Both the position numbers and the translations under genes were made by a program. DNA of 64,000 bases from Camelus ferus. Lineage: Eukaryota. This document shows positions 60,750-64,000 of the stretch, one piece after another (the first letter of the stretch is position 1; each line of letters starts with the position of its first letter). The notes beneath the pieces were generated by a model, which was not told where the DNA came from, did not search any database, and saw only the letters and a list, made by a program, of their open reading frames with translations. The stretch covers positions 22,010,001-22,074,000 of the forward strand of contig NC_045716.1 in NCBI RefSeq assembly GCF_009834535.1, given 5' to 3'.

Positions 60750-62350
60750 CTCAAGTCCGCCAGCCCCAGCTCGGAAGGGAGAGAGGCTCGGGTCACTAAG
60801 AGAGAAGCCAGGGGGGCGGGGCTCAGAGTGCGGGCCGAGGTCCCCCAGCTCCCGGCGCCGAGACCCTACAGATTGCCTTCCAGGCTGGGGTCCTCCACTC
60901 ACCCCTCAACGCATGTGGGAGGGGATGGGGGACCTGGGACGCGCCTCGCCCCACCCTCCTCCCCCGCCGGCTCAAACAAAGGAGCCCCGGCGCGCGGCTG
61001 GGCTCAGGCGGCGCCGCGCACAGAGCGAGCATCGGGCGCGCGCCCTGCCCGGGAACGCGCAGGCCCGGCTCGCGGCTCGCTGGGTTCGGCCCGGCTACCT
61101 GGGGTTACTGGAGTTCCAGTAGACCTCGTGGCGGAGGCCAGAGCCCCCTCGCAGAGGTGAGCTGAGGAGCGCGGCCCAGAGGACAGTCCGCAGCAGGGGC
61201 TGCAGCCGCATCGCCCCCGGGGTCTGGTCTGGTCTGGCCCGGCCCGTCCCGGCCCGCTTCGCAGTCGCCGCGAGAAAGGTACAAAGTGCGGAGGGGGGGG
61301 GGGTTGTGGGAAGGGGGGGGTGCCGAGACTCACAGGCCACGCCCCGGGATAACTTTCCACCAATGGGGGCGCGTCTCCGCCTCTTCATTCAAAGCCAACT
61401 CTTGTTAACCTTCTGTGCGCTGTATGGCGCGCCCGCTTAGCCAAGCTCTTTCCAAGGGGTGGTGAGGAGGGACGTATTCCACTGTCTAGGAGTTGTTTTA
61501 GAGAGGTCGTGTCTTTCGTGTCTGTATTAGTACAGGGTAGAAAGCCTTATTAGAACCTTGGAAGATTTAAGTATGGGCCCGCTCTTAGCCCAGAAAGAGG
61601 GAAGTGAGACGCGGGCGAGGATCCACGAAGCTTGTCCAGCCATCTTAGGCACCATTGCTCCTTTTTCTTTACACAGCTAGGGATAGCGCGAGAGGAAGGG
61701 ATAAATCGCCTCCTGAGACCCCCCCTCACCCACGCAAAGAGACAAATCGCCTCCTGAGACCCCACCTCCTGAGACTCGCCCCAGTGGCGAGCTCGATGCC
61801 CATCTTGGGTTTGGCGCTTGTCCCTTTCGGCCTCACACCTTCGTTCTAGACTCAGGGGGTCTACGAGGCCCCAGTCTCAAAGACGAAGTAATGAGGTAGT
61901 TGTGGCGGGTACAAAGCACCTTTGTTCCCGAACCCTCAGGTGGGGGCGGGGGCGGGGGAGGAGGCAGGTGCGCGGCCTTGGGATCCTGGGAGCCGCCACC
62001 CCGCCCCACCCCAGCTCCAGGGCTCTGAGAACACCAGTCAGTTCCATTTTTCCCAGCTACTGGTCAGAGGGTGGGGATGGCGGGTCCAAAAGCTTGGCCG
62101 ATTTGTCGATGGCCGCCGCCAGGGGCCACGCGGCTTTAGGGGTGATGACTTGGCAACTGGGGGTGTCAGAGGGCGTACAACTCCCTTTGTGGTACTGGAT
62201 TGTGTAGAGAGTCACCCCAGACTGGGCAGAAACAAGCCGCGAGCATCCTGGGGACACTCGCTGACCCTGCTTAGGACTCTGGCCCTCCCTAGCCCATCTT
62301 CGTCTGAGGCGACAGCATCTCCTGGCGGCCAGACCTGGAATCGCGACAGG
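60750..62350. promoter_or_regulatory. EFNA4: EFNA4 promoter CpG island
   Basis: CpG-rich. GCCACGCCCC (KLF/Sp) at about 61336-61345 and CCAAT at 61360-61364. Confidence 0.75.
61099..61211 (-). CDS. EFNA4: Ephrin-A4 exon 1 (signal peptide)
   Basis: ATG at 61211. Encodes MRLQPLLRTVLWAALLSSPLRGGSGLRHEVYWNSSNP(R), donor CAG/GTAG. The four exons total 615 nt (204 aa plus stop). Confidence 0.97.
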
Positions 62351-62407
62351 GGAGACCCTCCTTCCCTGAGCAGACAAACTTTTGAGGAACGCTCTCAAGA
62401 CCTCACG

Positions 62408-62413
62408 TTTATT
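62408..62413 (-). terminator. ADAM15: ADAM15 polyadenylation signal AATAAA
   Basis: TTTATT on the plus strand, about 260 nt after the stop. Confidence 0.85.
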
Positions 62414-62673
62414 GCAACTGATCAGAGACCGGCTGTGCGCACCTCCCTCAGCCCCATCCAGCGCCCAGCCCCTCCCCAACCCCCAGCTGCCACTGCGTGG
62501 GCGGGTCCCCAGGGTGCTCCTCAACAGTGCGTGGAGGTGCCTGGTGTCTTAAGAGGCCTGCTCCATAGCGTCCAGGCTCCAGCTCCTTCAGTCATCGCGG
62601 GGGGACTCCAGGGGTCAGGCCCACCTCTTGAAGTCCTAAGTCCAGGTTAGAGGCAGCGGGACCTCAGGAGAGG

Positions 62674-62716
62674 TCAGAGGTAGAGCGAGGACACTGCTGG
62701 AGGCGGCGGCGCAGGC
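62674..62716 (-). CDS. ADAM15: ADAM15 last exon
   Basis: Encodes (R)PAPPPPAVSSLYL*, the characteristic ADAM15 C-terminus. Confidence 0.96.
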
Positions 62717-62810
62717 CTGGGGTGCGGGAAGCCGAGGAAAAAGTTCAGAGGTCCTCTTTCCTCAGACCACTCGCTCCGCCCACCGATCCTCAGCACCCTT
62801 CCTCCCCTAC

Positions 62811-62935
62811 CTGGAGGGTACCACTGGGGGCGGGATTCCAGCTCCAGGGTCAAGCAGGTCACCCGAAGGGCGCTGGCCCTGGGGATCAGCAGGCAGTGGT
62901 TTTCTTGGGGGTGGGGGCTTGGTGGGCCCCTGAGA
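62811..62935 (-). CDS. ADAM15: ADAM15 penultimate exon (125 nt)
   Basis: AG/GT bounded. Encodes SQGPTKPPPPRKPLPADPQGQRPSGDLLDPGAGIPPPVVPS. Confidence 0.96.
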
Positions 62936-63201
62936 CTGAGAGAGAGAAGGCAGAAGGCCAGCTTGGGAGGGGGTATCATGTTGCCCACTTCCGACAACAC
63001 TGATGCTCAGGAACACCAGCTTGAGGGGCGGCACCAGAGGTCACCTTTGTCTCCAAACAAACCTGTCACCATTTAAGATGCCACCAGGTATGTGCCCCCA
63101 GGCACAAGGGTCATCTTGCCACCGGCACCACCGCCAAGGCTACTAGCACCACAGACCTGGGTGGGGGGAAAGGCTGTGCCCTTCTCTCCCCCCACTGTTA
63201 C

Positions 63202-63273
63202 CTTCGGGCGCCTCACCACCGGGTCAGCTGGCAGAGGGCGAGTGGGGGGATTGGGTCGGTCAGCCAGCTCAGC
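63202..63273 (-). CDS. ADAM15: ADAM15 alternative cytoplasmic exon (exon 21 equivalent, 72 nt)
   Basis: AG/GT bounded. Encodes AELADRPNPPTRPLPADPVVRRPK. Confidence 0.95.
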
Positions 63274-63686
63274 CTGAACAGAGAAAGGAGCAGTGGCTAT
63301 GAGAGCACAGCTAGGGGCAGTGGGCATGCAGTGGGTCTCCCTAGGGGTTCAGGTCAACATGCAAAGTCAGCCAGGGGGCAGGAGAGAACAGGGACATGCG
63401 CACAGGGCTTGAGTGCAGGCCAGCAAATGTCTGCGGGGAGAAAGGTGTGGGTCACCGTGGTGTCCCTGGCCGACTGCAGTCCCGCCACTGACCACCAGAT
63501 GGTGGTAGAAACCAAGGCAGGAGGCTCACCCATTGCTGCTTCTGGGGCTCAGAGGGTCTGGAGGTTGAGGGGCACCCTGGTCCCCTAATGAAGAGCGCCA
63601 CTGGCAGGGAACAGGGATGAGAACTGCAGTTGGGCACCAAGCCTCCCACCTGCCCTGGGCCAGGGCGGTGCCTGGTCCAGATTTAC

Positions 63687-63761
63687 CTGGAGTCTCTTGG
63701 GCACAGGGTCAGGAGGCAGCGGCCTGGAGGGGGGTGCTGGGAAGCCAAGAGCACTAGTCTG
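63687..63761 (-). CDS. ADAM15: ADAM15 alternative cytoplasmic exon (exon 20 equivalent, 75 or 72 nt)
   Basis: CAGCAG tandem acceptor and GT donor. Encodes (Q)TSALGFPAPPSRPLPPDPVPKRLQ. Confidence 0.94.
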
Positions 63762-64000
63762 CTGAGAAAGCAGGAGAAGCAGACAGGCAGAGTCGAGGTG
63801 GGGGTGGGGAAGAGGGAGCAGAGAGACAGATGTGGGCAGAGAGGTGTTAGTGCCCACGGAGGGGCAGCCAGGGCCCCAGGGGCAGTAAGGGTTCTGCGTG
63901 CGGTTATTCAGTTGCATGCAGAGTGGGTGACGAGTGGTGGTGGGACATGCAGACCACCTCCACACAAATACTCCTATCATCAGATCAGGGCTCAGGGCAG

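Noticed and set aside
1-64000. CRISPR arrays, rRNA, snRNA or snoRNA genes, prokaryotic systems
   Set aside because: No regularly spaced repeats or recognisable RNA genes were seen. The window is mammalian euchromatin.

Overview
Mammalian genomic DNA, most likely a camelid: it carries several tRNA-Ala(AGC)-derived vic-1-type SINEs. The window covers the conserved ADAM15-EFNA4-EFNA3-EFNA1 cluster, with all four genes on the minus strand. From the window end backwards it holds the last four exons of ADAM15 (cytoplasmic tail), the complete EFNA4 (4 coding exons, 204 aa), EFNA3 (exons 2, 3 and 5 visible; exons 1 and 4 fall in N-gaps) and EFNA1 (exons 2-5 visible; exon 1 CDS falls in an N-gap). All visible splice sites are GT-AG and keep the frame. 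The 33 kb between EFNA3 and EFNA1 is rich in repeats (SINE, MIR, L2, L1, LTR, hAT). I found no new gene or new multi-gene system. The most interesting signals are: (1) a rearranged ERV1 provirus whose two halves face each other, giving near-identical inverted LTRs; (2) five CACGTG E-boxes in 129 bp of EFNA3 intron 1; (3) overlapping miR-210 and miR-153 sites in the EFNA3 3'UTR; (4) an apparent one-base switch of the EFNA1 miR-200b/c site to a miR-141/200a site; (5) stop-free EFNA1 introns 3 and 4; (6) phase-compatible splice junctions allowing in-frame chimeras across the cluster. All comparisons with human sequences, repeat consensuses and miRNAs are from memory and need checking by alignment.
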